Assembly: GCA_964390745.1 (NCBI GenBank)
Contig: CAYMIK010000001.1
Coordinates: forward strand, 48,670 to 112,669
Direction of reading: 5' to 3'
DNA length: 64,000 bases
Origin: an uncultured Candidatus Saccharibacteria bacterium
GTDB taxonomy: Bacteria; Patescibacteriota; JAUYIX01; CAYMIK01
Shown here: piece by piece, positions 1 to 9,029 of the stretch
Layout of the letters: each line of letters opens with the position of its first letter
How positions within the stretch are numbered: the first letter of the stretch is position 1
The notes under the pieces: generated by a model
What the model was told of the DNA's origin: nothing
The model's database searches: none
What the model saw: the letters and a program-made list of their open reading frames with translations, nothing else
Position numbers and translations under genes: made by a program

Positions 1-1741
1 TTCCATGTTTAGTGTTGTAGGCTTCCTGAATCTTTCTTCGTCGTTCAACTTCAGAGATGGCGCCTTTCATAGAATCGGTCATGCGATCGGCGTACATAAT
101 AACGTGGCCCTCAACGTGACGAGCAGCACGACCCATTATCTGGATCAATGATGGTTTATCGCGCAAGAAACTTTCTTTGTCGGCATCCAAAATGCCAATT
201 AATGAAACTTCCGGAAGGTCCAAACCTTCACGCAAAAGGTTAATTCCAACGAGAACGTCGTACAAACCTAATCGAAGATCGCGCAAAATTTCGAGTCGTT
301 CAAAAGTTTCAATATCCGAGTGCAAATACTGAACCTTGATGCCCGCTTCTTTCATGTAGGTTGTAAGTTCTTCGGCCATCTTTTTGGTCAAGGTGGTTAC
401 TAAAACTCGCTGACCTTTTTGAACGCGGTTTTGAATTTCATTCATCAAATCGTCAACTTGATTCTCTGTCTTTCGAACTTCAACGGTTGGATCCAATAAA
501 CCAGTGGGGCGAATAATTTGTTCTACGACTTGATCGGATTTTTCCAGTTCGTATTGCGATGGTGTTGCGGAAACATAAATGGTTTGGCCAACACGCTTCA
601 AAAATTCTGTAAATTTCAAAGGACGATTGTCATAGGCTGCGCGCAAACGAAAACCATAATCAACGAGGTTGCGTTTACGAGCTAAGTCGCCCTTAAACAT
701 TCCGCCAATCTGGGGAATCGTTTTGTGCGACTCATCAATAAACGTCAGGAAGTCTTTGGGGAAATAATCTAACAAGACATACGAAGGCTGACCAGGCTTT
801 CTGCCATCCATGTAACGTGAGTAGTTTTCGATGCCGGAAACAAAGCCAACTTCGGAGAGCATTTCAACATCGTGGTTGGTGCGTTGCGCTAATCGTTGTG
901 CTTCAACAAGTTTGTTTTGTTTCTCAAATTCACGGACTTCGTATTCCAGATCGATTTTAATCATTTCAACGGCCTTGTCGATAATGCTTCGCTCCGTGGC
1001 ATAGTGGGAAGCAGGGTAGATGGTGAGTTCGTCGAGTTTTTCTATAATTTCTCCGGTGAGACCATGAACCTTTGAAATGGTTTCGATATTGTCGCCAAAC
1101 ATACTGATCTTGTAGACATTGTCTTCGTAGCTCGGGTGTATCTCAATCATGTCGCCACGGACACGAAACGTTCCACGAATAAAATCAATATCGTTGCGGG
1201 AATAATTTACGCCAACCAAAGACTTGAGCAATTCTTTTTGCTTCACGGGAACAGATTTCTTGATCACGATTTTTACTTTTTCGTATTCGTGGGGGTTTCC
1301 TAAACCGTAGATACAAGAAACGGACGCAACAATAATGACATCGCGTCTTGTAAGAAGGGACATGGTTGCCGCGTGTCGCAGACGATCAATCTCTTCGTTT
1401 CTCTGACTTTCTTTGGATATATATGTGTCAGTGCGGGGAATATACGACTCTGGTTGATAGTAGTCGTAGTAGCTGACAAAATATTGCACAGCATTGTGTG
1501 GAAAGAATTCTTGAAATTCGGATGCCAACTGCGCGGCTAATGTTTTGTTGTGCGCAATAACCAGTGTGGGACGCTGCAAGTTTTGAATGACGCCAGCCAT
1601 CGTAAAAGTTTTACCCGATCCGGTCACGCCTAAAAGCGTCTGGTGCATGAGCCCATCCTTGATTCCTTGGGTGAGCTTTTTGATTGCCTGCTCTTGGTCG
1701 CCCTTGGGTTTGAATTTTGAAACGAGTTGAAATTGTGGCAT
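1..1741 (-). CDS. uvrB: Excinuclease ABC subunit B (UvrB), C-terminal part truncated by window start
   Basis: Reverse-strand translation from ATG at 1739-1741 reads [79 protein letters not shown], the canonical UvrB N-terminus with Walker A. The ORF stays open to position 1; the ORF track omits it because it is edge-truncated. Confidence 0.9.
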   Translation of the reverse strand, partial: MPQFQLVSKFKPKGDQEQAIKKLTQGIKDGLMHQTLLGVTGSGKTFTMAGVIQNLQRPTLVIAHNKTLAAQLASEFQEFFPHNAVQYFVSYYDYYQPESYIPRTDTYISKESQRNEEIDRLRHAATMSLLTRRDVIIVASVSCIYGLGNPHEYEKVKIVIKKSVPVKQKELLKSLVGVNYSRNDIDFIRGTFRVRGDMIEIHPSYEDNVYKISMFGDNIETISKVHGLTGEIIEKLDELTIYPASHYATERSIIDKAVEMIKIDLEYEVREFEKQNKLVEAQRLAQRTNHDVEMLSEVGFVSGIENYSRYMDGRKPGQPSYVLLDYFPKDFLTFIDESHKTIPQIGGMFKGDLARKRNLVDYGFRLRAAYDNRPLKFTEFLKRVGQTIYVSATPSQYELEKSDQVVEQIIRPTGLLDPTVEVRKTENQVDDLMNEIQNRVQKGQRVLVTTLTKKMAEELTTYMKEAGIKVQYLHSDIETFERLEILRDLRLGLYDVLVGINLLREGLDLPEVSLIGILDADKESFLRDKPSLIQIMGRAARHVEGHVIMYADRMTDSMKGAISEVERRRKIQEAYNTKHG

Positions 1742-1884
1742 TGGATTACCTAGTATGCCATGCAAAAAAGTTTTTGTCGAGCTTCGAGTAGGAATTTCTG
1801 CAAAGCCACATCACCCAGCGAAGAATCTTCGTCGGGTTGATGGGCAAGACGTAGCTTGCACTGTGCCTCGCAGGTTGCGAGGAC

Positions 1885-2223
1885 TTACGGACGCAACTCG
1901 CGCGGAGCGTCCAGAACGTAAGACAGCCGCGCGAAGCTCTCGATGATCTCGTCGAGTTTCTTGGAGTCAGAAAGAAGGAGCTGTCGCACCTCTTCCGTGT
2001 CCTCCGAGTGCCCGATCGTGTTCGCGGCATGGCCCAGGAATCGATCCTCCAGCCGTTCCGCCGTGATCCTGGACAACTTCAGGGCATCCTGTAGAACGGA
2101 CACGATGCCGTTAGGGTTGTCCGGCGCTTCAGGTTTGCCGGAGTCTGCCGCAGTTTCAGCCCGTGGCAGACGGTCCGACCCCATGAAGAACCGTTTCTTC
2201 GAACTTGGATATTCGAGGCTCAT
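1885..2223 (-). CDS. Hypothetical 112-aa protein, 4th gene of high-GC operon (island A)
   Basis: ORF MSLEYPSSKKRFFMGSDRLPRAETAADSGKPEAPDNP... with strong RBS AAGGAGGAGG 4 nt upstream (revcomp of 2224-2235). High-GC codon usage unlike flanking genes. No recognisable family. Confidence 0.6.
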   Translation of the reverse strand: MSLEYPSSKKRFFMGSDRLPRAETAADSGKPEAPDNPNGIVSVLQDALKLSRITAERLEDRFLGHAANTIGHSEDTEEVRQLLLSDSKKLDEIIESFARLSYVLDAPRELRP

Positions 2224-2235
2224 GCCTCCTCCTTG

Positions 2236-2562
2236 TCAGCGGTTTCTGATCCGCAGAAAGTTCAGCACCATTTGAATGCGCTCATTCCGTTCTGTTCCCT
2301 CGAACGCAGTTGCTGCGAGCTGTGCCTGGAAGCAGGTGTACTCGTGCGTCCCAACCAGGTAGACGATGAAGTCGGGCGCCGTGCTCCACGAAGACACGAG
2401 GTCGATGTGTTGATCGGGTGCCATGCTGAGGATGTTGACGGTCTCCATGATCTCGAGTCCGATTCTCATTCGCGATGCCGCGAAGCTGGACTCGTCGTTG
2501 TCCAACCTCTCGAGCCGTGCCAGGTGCATCTTTGCATCCCGCCTTTTCGAATTGTTGGACAT
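2236..2562 (-). CDS. Hypothetical ~108-aa protein, 3rd gene of island A; start taken at internal Met MSNNSKRR
   Basis: ORF 2236..2625 on the minus strand. The internal ATG at 2560-2562 is preceded by RBS GGAGAGGAA, whereas the upstream Met (2625) has no RBS. High GC. No recognisable family. Confidence 0.55.
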   Translation of the reverse strand: MSNNSKRRDAKMHLARLERLDNDESSFAASRMRIGLEIMETVNILSMAPDQHIDLVSSWSTAPDFIVYLVGTHEYTCFQAQLAATAFEGTERNERIQMVLNFLRIRNR

Positions 2563-2771
2563 GATTCCTCTCCGTTGGTTCGTGGTGAAGGGTTCTATGA
2601 GCATCCTAACGACAACCTTATGCATTGTAAAGCCTTACGACGAAGCCATTTTCCCAATGGCAAAAGTCGCGTGACGGTGTTCAGTCACTGCAACTCCCTC
2701 TTGACCCGGTCGTGGTCGCAAGGTGCCTCCTACGCGTGCGAATAGCGAACGCTTGGGTATTTCGCGTGCCG

Positions 2772-3137
2772 TTATACGGCACGCACTCGTCCTCTCTGCT
2801 GCCTGAGCCATACCCGGAATGGCCCATAGTACTGCTGGTACAGCAGGTGGCCCGTGCTCCCTGCGAGACGTGGTGCGACGAGGAGAAGGTTATCCTGCGT
2901 CGCGAGATTCTGGAACGAAAGGCGGCTCTTGATGGGCGGGTTGAGAAGCCCAAGTTCCACCGCCACGTACACCGCGAAAAGCGGTGCCCAGTTCTTGGCG
3001 ACGGAGTCCTTTACCCCGCAGATCTCCACGAGATTCCGTGCGATGTCATCGCGGACTCGGGCCAGATGGTCACATCGACCCAGTGCCTCGGGAACGATTG
3101 TTCCCCCTCCAGTTTCGGTGATGTACCGCTGGCTCAT
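2772..3137 (-). CDS. Hypothetical 121-aa protein, 2nd gene of island A
   Basis: ORF MSQRYITETGGGTIVPEALGRCDHLARVRDD... with RBS GGGGGAGGAAG 4 nt upstream. High GC. A hairpin GTGCCGTTATACGGCAC overlaps its stop. No recognisable family. Confidence 0.6.
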   Translation of the reverse strand: MSQRYITETGGGTIVPEALGRCDHLARVRDDIARNLVEICGVKDSVAKNWAPLFAVYVAVELGLLNPPIKSRLSFQNLATQDNLLLVAPRLAGSTGHLLYQQYYGPFRVWLRQQRGRVRAV

Positions 3138-3183
3138 GTCTTCCTCCCCCTGTGAAGGTGTGACTGCTCGGTCTACGAGGGTG

Positions 3184-3531
3184 TTACGACTGCACGGCGA
3201 CTTCCGCCGGGTTCTCTCGCATGTACTTCCTCACGAGCTCCTGACTATCAAAGAAGTCGCTGCTCTCGAGTTTCCAGGCGCACTCCTCGAGCTGGGCGAG
3301 TGAGACTTCGGTATTGGGTGGCAGGTCGTGCCTCCAACGGACGAAGCGATCGACGCTCCGCATCGATGTAAGGCGATCCAGACACGAGTGGGTCTCGAGG
3401 TGGAGCCCAATGCTCGTGCGGGCGGCCTGTCGACGTATTTCGCCCGTCTTGAGCGCCATTCGACCCTTCCACTCCCGGACGAGCTGAACTGCATGCTTCA
3501 AGAAGTTCGGGTTCGTCGTTTCCTGAGTCAC
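3184..3531 (-). CDS. Hypothetical ~115-aa protein, 1st gene of island A (GTG start)
   Basis: ORF (M/V)TQETTNPNFLKHAVQLVREWKG... with RBS GAGGAGG 6 nt upstream of GTG at 3529-3531. High GC. No recognisable family. Confidence 0.55.
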   Translation of the reverse strand: MTQETTNPNFLKHAVQLVREWKGRMALKTGEIRRQAARTSIGLHLETHSCLDRLTSMRSVDRFVRWRHDLPPNTEVSLAQLEECAWKLESSDFFDSQELVRKYMRENPAEVAVQS

Positions 3532-3581
3532 GGTGTCCTCCTCGGCTTGGCCGGTGATTGTGAGGTGGGTCTCGCGGCTTC

Positions 3582-3611
3582 ACTATAGAGGTGACTTTGG
3601 CTGTATGTCAA
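3582..3611 (-). promoter_or_regulatory. Sigma70-like promoter for island A operon (TTGACA-18-TATAGT on minus strand)
   Basis: Revcomp of 3582-3611 reads TTGACAtacagccaaagtcacctcTATAGT, about 50 nt upstream of the first island-A gene. Confidence 0.45.
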
Positions 3612-3651
3612 TGTGCTCGCAAACCCGCACAAAACCTGCTATTATACCCGC

Positions 3652-4239
3652 ATGATTCGACAACTTACCGGAACGATTATTTCTAAAGGAGCGGGCGAAC
3701 TGGTTTTGGACGTCCATGGCGTGGGCTACCAGGTCTTTATTACGGTACGCGATGAATCGGCGCTGCCTTTGGTTGGCGAATCTGCCACATTATATACGCT
3801 TCACTATATCCGCGAAGCCGCACAGGATTTGTACGGATTTTCTTCGTTGGAAGAATTATCAACATTTGAAATGCTGCTTGAAGTAAACGGCGTTGGTCCA
3901 AAGGCTGGCATGTCGATTCTTTCCAAAGCAAGTCCAAGCGAAATTCATCGAGCTATAACGAGCCAAGACACTTCTATTCTCACGAAGATATCTGGCATCG
4001 GGAAAAAGACTGCCGAACGAGTTGTCATGGAACTGAAGAATAAAGTAAATGATTTTGCTATTGCTTCCTTGGAAACGGGTATCGACATTTTGACACCCGG
4101 AACAGAAGCCCTCGATGCCCTTGTTGCTTTGGGCTGCACAAAAGATGAAGCAAAGATGGCACTTTCAAAGATTATGAAACCTGAAATGAAGATTGAAGAT
4201 CAGGTGAAAGAAGCATTGAAGTATTTGGGAACGAAATAA
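3652..4239 (+). CDS. ruvA: Holliday junction DNA helicase RuvA
   Basis: MIRQLTGTIISKGAGELVLDVHGVGYQVFITV... is a typical RuvA N-terminus (MIxxLxG), with HhH and C-terminal domain III. The ATG at 3652 lies about 9 nt after a TATTAT -10 box, so the mRNA may be leaderless. The track ORF begins earlier at 3613. Confidence 0.85.
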   Translation: MIRQLTGTIISKGAGELVLDVHGVGYQVFITVRDESALPLVGESATLYTLHYIREAAQDLYGFSSLEELSTFEMLLEVNGVGPKAGMSILSKASPSEIHRAITSQDTSILTKISGIGKKTAERVVMELKNKVNDFAIASLETGIDILTPGTEALDALVALGCTKDEAKMALSKIMKPEMKIEDQVKEALKYLGTK

Positions 4240-4250
4240 TTCAAAGACTC

Positions 4251-5240
4251 ATGAGTATATCTTTTGAAGTAACAAAAGAATCGCTGAATGAATTCGTAAC
4301 AACCCATCCGCACGGTCACCTTTTGCAATCGTATGAGTGGGGAGAGGCGCAAGAAGCTTTCGGTGAACCGATTTTTCGTGTTGTCGTGAAAGAAAATGAA
4401 ACCATTCTTGCCGCCGCTACGGTTATCGTAAAAACTTTTTACAAAAACTTTCACTACCTCTACTGCCCCAAGGGTCCGCTTTTTGCCGAAGGTGCATCGG
4501 AAGAAATTCGCAAACAACTTTTTGAGGCGATACACCACGAAGCTACAAAACGCGGCTCAATTTTTCTGCGTGTTGCCCCCGAACTTCAAGAAAAGCCTGA
4601 ATGGCTTTCGCATTTCAAGAAATCAAATCAAGAACTTGAGCCCCACGAGACACTCATTCTGGATCTGTCAAAATCAGAAGAACAACTTCTTGCCGAAATG
4701 AAGTCAAAAACACGTTACAATATTAAACTCGCAGAAAAGAAGGGCGTGAAGGTTGTTTCGGGAACGGACCAAAAATATCTTGAGGCATTTTTACAGCTCA
4801 ACCAAGAAACTGCAACGCGAGATAAGTTCACCGTCCATAAAAATTCTTACTACCATGCGCAACTTGAAAAGCTTGGACCTGCAGGATTTCTTAAAATCTA
4901 CGTTGCCTTCGTAAACGAGAAGCCTGTTGCGGCAAACCTCGTTTCGTTTTTTGGTAATCGCGTAACCTATGTACATGGCGCGTCTTCCAATGAAGCACGA
5001 AATCTCATGCCCACCTTTGCGCTCCAGTGGCAGGCAATCAAGGATGCAAAAAATGACAACAAAAGCGAGTACGATTTTTGGGGAATCGATGCATCACAAG
5101 ACCCAAACCATCCGTGGGCCGGTATTACTCGTTTCAAAACAGGATTTGGTGGAACTGTGGTAAAATATATTGGAGCATACGACCACGTATATCGAAGGGG
5201 TCTAGCTTCGTTGTATACATTATATAAACGCATCGCGTAA
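4251..5240 (+). CDS. FemAB/FemX-family peptidoglycan interpeptide-bridge aminoacyltransferase (329 aa)
   Basis: Size and sequence features typical of the FemABX family (HPHGHLLQSYEWGE, YCPKGP, KSKTRYNIKLAEKKGV, FWGI). Sits next to murE. Confidence 0.7.
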   Translation: MSISFEVTKESLNEFVTTHPHGHLLQSYEWGEAQEAFGEPIFRVVVKENETILAAATVIVKTFYKNFHYLYCPKGPLFAEGASEEIRKQLFEAIHHEATKRGSIFLRVAPELQEKPEWLSHFKKSNQELEPHETLILDLSKSEEQLLAEMKSKTRYNIKLAEKKGVKVVSGTDQKYLEAFLQLNQETATRDKFTVHKNSYYHAQLEKLGPAGFLKIYVAFVNEKPVAANLVSFFGNRVTYVHGASSNEARNLMPTFALQWQAIKDAKNDNKSEYDFWGIDASQDPNHPWAGITRFKTGFGGTVVKYIGAYDHVYRRGLASLYTLYKRIA

Positions 5241-5250
5241 GAGTAGAAAA

Positions 5251-5583
5251 ATGGAAAAGAAGCTTTTCATTGTCTCGGGTGTCTTTCTGGTAATAGCCAT
5301 TGTCTTTGGTATTTTTTATTTTATGAATCGAACTCCTGTACAAAAAGAACCCGTAAACTTTGCAGACCCAGCAACCCTCGACTCTGATAACGATGGTCTT
5401 ACTGACGCAGAAGAGCAGCAAGCAAAAACAGACGTACATCAAGCTGACAGTGATGGAGATGGACTGACTGACTACCAAGAAGTGAAAACATTTTTCACGA
5501 ATCCCAACTCACAGGATACGGATCACGACGGATATAGCGACAAGGCTGAGATTGATACGAAGCATAATCCCAACGGAGCATAA
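5251..5583 (+). CDS. Small membrane-anchored protein with three thrombospondin-type-3-like Ca-binding repeats (DxDxDGxxDxxE)
   Basis: N-terminal TM helix (LFIVSGVFLVIAIVFGIFYF), then DSDNDGLTDAEE, DSDGDGLTDYQE, DTDHDGYSDKAE. Confidence 0.6.
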   Translation: MEKKLFIVSGVFLVIAIVFGIFYFMNRTPVQKEPVNFADPATLDSDNDGLTDAEEQQAKTDVHQADSDGDGLTDYQEVKTFFTNPNSQDTDHDGYSDKAEIDTKHNPNGA

Positions 5584-5588
5584 GAGCC

Positions 5589-6920
5589 ATGAAAGATTTT
5601 TTGAAGAAAATTCTTCCTAAATCTGCTATCAAGGTGTATCACAAAGTTTTGGTATTTGCTGCAGCTATGTGGTATGGGTTTCCATCGGATAAAATGATCA
5701 TCATTGGTGTCACGGGAACAAAGGGAAAAACCAGCACAACAAACTTCATTGCTGATATGTTGGAGTCCACGGGTGCAAAGGTTGCAGCCCTTTCTACGGC
5801 AGTCTATCGGCTTCCAGGAAAAAGTTGGGTGAACGCCACAAAGATGACGATGCCAGGCCGAACGCAATTGCAACGATTCTTGCAAAAAGCGCACAGAGCC
5901 GGATGCAAGTATGTTGTGGTAGAAACTTCCAGTGAGGGGATTGCTCAGAATCGAACAACCGCCATAAGTTACGACGTTGCCGTTTTTACAAACATCAGCC
6001 CAGAGCATATCGAGTCTCACGGGAGTTTTGAAAATTACAAAAAAGCAAAGCAAAAACTTTTCCAGGGGCTTATGCGTTCCCGGCGAAAAGCGGGTGTAAA
6101 AAAAGTTTCCGTGGTGAATCTTGACGATGAAGCTGCACAAGATTTTTTGAAGTTTCCTGCTGACGCGCACTACGGATTTTCAATGAGCGGAAAAACACAA
6201 GAAGGCGTTGAGGCGATTGAAGCCAGCAACGTTCAAACCTCACGCGCTGGCCTCACGTTTGATATTTCGGTGAACGGATTGAAAGATTCTGTTTTTGCAC
6301 CAATCTCTGGTGCCTTTCATGTACAAAATTTACTCGCTGCTATAGCAGTGCTGCTTTCACAGAATATTTCGTGGAAAAAAATTCGTGAAGCACTTACGGT
6401 GGTCAAGCCGGTTCCCGGCCGAATGCAATTTGTCGCGTACCAAAATCCATTTACTGTTATTGTTGATTATGCGCACGAACCAAAATCACTGGGAGTTATT
6501 TTACGCGAAGCACGCGACCTTGCTGGTGCTGATCATCAGGTTATCGTTCTCACGGGCGCACAAGGCGGTGGGCGAGATCACGCCAAACGTCCACAGATGG
6601 GCCAGGTTGCCAAAGAAAATGCGGACTTTATCGTTGTGACCAATGAAGATCCTTATGATGAAGACCCACAGAAAATTATTGATGATGTTGCTAGGGGTGT
6701 TCAGGATGCTGGTGGGGTAGAAGGCACAGATTTTGTAAAAGTTGCTGACAGAGCCGAAGCAATTCAAAAAGCTATCGACGTCGCCAAGCCCGGTGACGTG
6801 GTGGTACTAGCGGGCAAGGGCTCGGAAACGGTTATGGCAGTTCGAGAAAACAAAAAAGTTCCCTGGAGCGACTCAGAGGTGGTTCAGCGAATCCTTGATT
6901 CGAAGAAATCCGGGGCGTAA
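5589..6920 (+). CDS. murE: UDP-N-acetylmuramoyl-tripeptide synthetase (MurE-type Mur ligase)
   Basis: P-loop GVTGTKGKTSTT, a Mur ligase middle domain, a C-terminal domain and 443 aa are all typical of MurE. Confidence 0.8.
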   Translation: MKDFLKKILPKSAIKVYHKVLVFAAAMWYGFPSDKMIIIGVTGTKGKTSTTNFIADMLESTGAKVAALSTAVYRLPGKSWVNATKMTMPGRTQLQRFLQKAHRAGCKYVVVETSSEGIAQNRTTAISYDVAVFTNISPEHIESHGSFENYKKAKQKLFQGLMRSRRKAGVKKVSVVNLDDEAAQDFLKFPADAHYGFSMSGKTQEGVEAIEASNVQTSRAGLTFDISVNGLKDSVFAPISGAFHVQNLLAAIAVLLSQNISWKKIREALTVVKPVPGRMQFVAYQNPFTVIVDYAHEPKSLGVILREARDLAGADHQVIVLTGAQGGGRDHAKRPQMGQVAKENADFIVVTNEDPYDEDPQKIIDDVARGVQDAGGVEGTDFVKVADRAEAIQKAIDVAKPGDVVVLAGKGSETVMAVRENKKVPWSDSEVVQRILDSKKSGA

Positions 6921-6933
6921 CGAATTTGCAAGC

Positions 6934-7380
6934 CTAGAAAAGCCACGTGAACAAGAAGTAGTAGGCTGTGCCAAAAACGACTCCAGCAATAACGCCGGCG
7001 GCGACTTCAGCACGAGTGTGTCCAACGCGGATATGCAGTTGTTCAAATTTCGTCTGTTCTTCCTTGGGCAAAAAGGTGACAAGGTGATGAATATCTTGTA
7101 AGCTTTTATTGACGTAGTTTCGAAGTCCGAGTGCATCGCGCACAATGACAAGGCCAAAGACAATAGAAAGCGCGAAAACGCCAGAATTTATACCTTCAGC
7201 AAGGCCAATGGCAACAGCAAGGCTCGTAACCAGGGCCGTATGGCTCGATGGCATGCCGCTGTAGCTCCACATACTATGAACGTCTTGGTTGCGTTTCGAG
7301 AACTTCTTGACGATGAACTTGATTACTTGAGCAGTGAATGCGGTAAAACCAGCAGCGAGAACAATTATTGGCACAGCCAT
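6934..7380 (-). CDS. Divergent PAP2 / YuiD-like membrane protein (148 aa)
   Basis: Multi-TM protein with an SGMPSSHTALVTSLAVAIG motif characteristic of the divergent PAP2 (DUF212) family. Confidence 0.6.
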   Translation of the reverse strand: MAVPIIVLAAGFTAFTAQVIKFIVKKFSKRNQDVHSMWSYSGMPSSHTALVTSLAVAIGLAEGINSGVFALSIVFGLVIVRDALGLRNYVNKSLQDIHHLVTFLPKEEQTKFEQLHIRVGHTRAEVAAGVIAGVVFGTAYYFLFTWLF

Positions 7381-7421
7381 TTTTAGATCAAATTATTGCG
7401 AGATGAAGTATAACAAAAATT

Positions 7422-8012
7422 ATGAAAAGCGAAAATATCCTTTTTGTTGATACGATAACGAAAAAAGCCGGTATGACCATTTCACGAGGCGGGAAGCTTT
7501 TTACTGCCCATTTTGGAGAGAGGCACCAATATTCTCGTGATCTTATTAGGGTCTTTGATACTGTTTTGAAGAAAGCGCGTCTGAAACCTGCCAATCTGGC
7601 CGGTGTTGTGGTCTTGGTTGGACCTGGCTCATATACCTCGATTCGTATTGGGGTTTCTTTTGCAAACGCACTGGGTTTTGCGCAGAACGTGCCTGTTGCG
7701 GCCAAAACTCTCTTTGAAGCGCTGCCTCATGGCTCCAAGGAGACAGTTCTTTTGGAAGCAGGCCGAGGGAATATCTTTTACCACAAAGCTTCCAAGGAAG
7801 GTGTATGGACAAATGCTGATTTGGCAAAAAAGACTGGCGAGTTTGTTGGTTTGGAACTTTCCGAAGAAACCCTGGCTCAATTTTCGAAGAAGCCAAAAGA
7901 AGCGACCCTTGATATTGCGGCCGTTTTGTCTGATGTGAAATGGCCCAAAAAATTTGCACCCGTTGCCGCGCACTACATCTTGCCACCGAATATTATGGTG
8001 AAGAAGAAATAA
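7422..8012 (+). CDS. tsaB: tRNA threonylcarbamoyladenosine biosynthesis protein TsaB (YeaZ-like)
   Basis: GPGSYTSIRIGVSFANALGFA matches the YeaZ/TsaB signature. 196 aa. Confidence 0.7.
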   Translation: MKSENILFVDTITKKAGMTISRGGKLFTAHFGERHQYSRDLIRVFDTVLKKARLKPANLAGVVVLVGPGSYTSIRIGVSFANALGFAQNVPVAAKTLFEALPHGSKETVLLEAGRGNIFYHKASKEGVWTNADLAKKTGEFVGLELSEETLAQFSKKPKEATLDIAAVLSDVKWPKKFAPVAAHYILPPNIMVKKK

Positions 8013-8100
8013 TCAAGAAAATAAGAACCAAGCCGGGCCTTGCGACGTCGCGGATGCGTCGTCGAAAGGTCACCGGCTGGCGCCAAGCTCTTGGGCTTGG

Positions 8101-8523
8101 CTATTCGCACAGGTTGAGCTGCTTTCGGCACGTGCTGCCGATCAGGTGTTCGGGGTCTAGGCTCGGGAGCTTACCCGAAACCAGGTAGAGAGGGTTGGGG
8201 TCCTCATACCCCCTGAGAAGGAAGACCTTCTCCTCTTGCATGACCCCTCCGGGATCGTGCGGGGGCTCGACCCTGCGGGTCGCGACCGCCACCACCTTCA
8301 GGTTCTCTGGTGTCTTGGGGTCGTTTTTCAGGTCCCACCAGTCGGTCACGACGGCGGTCTTCTTGGTCTCGAGGATCGCGATCTGCCGCTCGCGCTCCTC
8401 GAGCTTCCCGGCCGCGATGACCAACGTGAGCCCCGTGCCCGCAATGGCCAGGATGCCCACGAGGAAGATCATGCGACCGTAGAACTTGATCGTATCCTCG
8501 CGGTAATCTTTCTGAATCGCCAT
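8101..8523 (-). CDS. Hypothetical 140-aa single-pass membrane protein encoded in a high-GC island (island B)
   Basis: MAIQKDYREDTIKFYGRMIFLVGILAIAGTGLTLVIAAG... has a cytoplasmic N-terminus, one TM helix and about 100 aa outside. RBS GGGAGAG upstream. G+C far above the flanks. Hairpins plus a T-run lie downstream around 8028-8100. Confidence 0.55.
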   Translation of the reverse strand: MAIQKDYREDTIKFYGRMIFLVGILAIAGTGLTLVIAAGKLEERERQIAILETKKTAVVTDWWDLKNDPKTPENLKVVAVATRRVEPPHDPGGVMQEEKVFLLRGYEDPNPLYLVSGKLPSLDPEHLIGSTCRKQLNLCE

Positions 8524-9029
8524 TCGACTCTCCCTGCTCTTGTGCCAAAAGGCCGAAGTCGAGGTGATCCCGACATTCGTAAGAGACTCATCAAGGTATC
8601 ACAAATACCATCTTTTGTCAACCCTCTATTTAACGCATATTTAAGCCATTTTTTAGGGATAATTAATCTTTGGGCCGCACAATGAGTAGTAGCACCAAAG
8701 TCGCAATTATTATGCGAGGAGTCGGGGATTGGGAGGTGAAATAAGGACCTCGAACCCACCCATTAAGCTTTGGCTTAACCAAGCCTAATCCCCAGGGGTG
8801 TGGAAAAAATGGCCAAAAAAGCCCTTCGTGGAGGCCGAAAAATGAGGCTTAAATAAGCCCAAAAACCCCCTTTTTCTTGACATGAGCCGCCACGCATGAT
8901 AACCTTCGACCTAACAATTGCATACAAGGTCAAGGCCTAAAGGTTCATAGTTTATTACCTAATTAACCAACGAACCACGAACCAGAAGGTCTTTCGTACA
9001 ACCCCCGAAAAAGGGATTGTGCACTGTTC

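Noticed and set aside
2233-3588. Plus-strand ORFs inside island A (2233-2745, 2712-3155, 2854-3303, 3328-3588; 86-170 aa)
   Set aside because: Arg/His/Cys/Pro-rich translations typical of antisense shadows in high-GC DNA. No RBSs. The minus-strand ORFs each have strong GGAGG RBSs and tidy spacing.
8469-8759. 96-aa minus-strand ORF spanning the island B / non-coding junction
   Set aside because: Straddles a compositional boundary, overlaps the better-supported 8101-8523 gene start region, and has no RBS.
8740-8760. tRNA-like T-arm string GGTGGGTTCGAGGTCC on the minus strand in the 8.6-9.0 kb non-coding region
   Set aside because: No complementary T-stem, acceptor stem or anticodon arm can be built around it. 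Isolated motif only.
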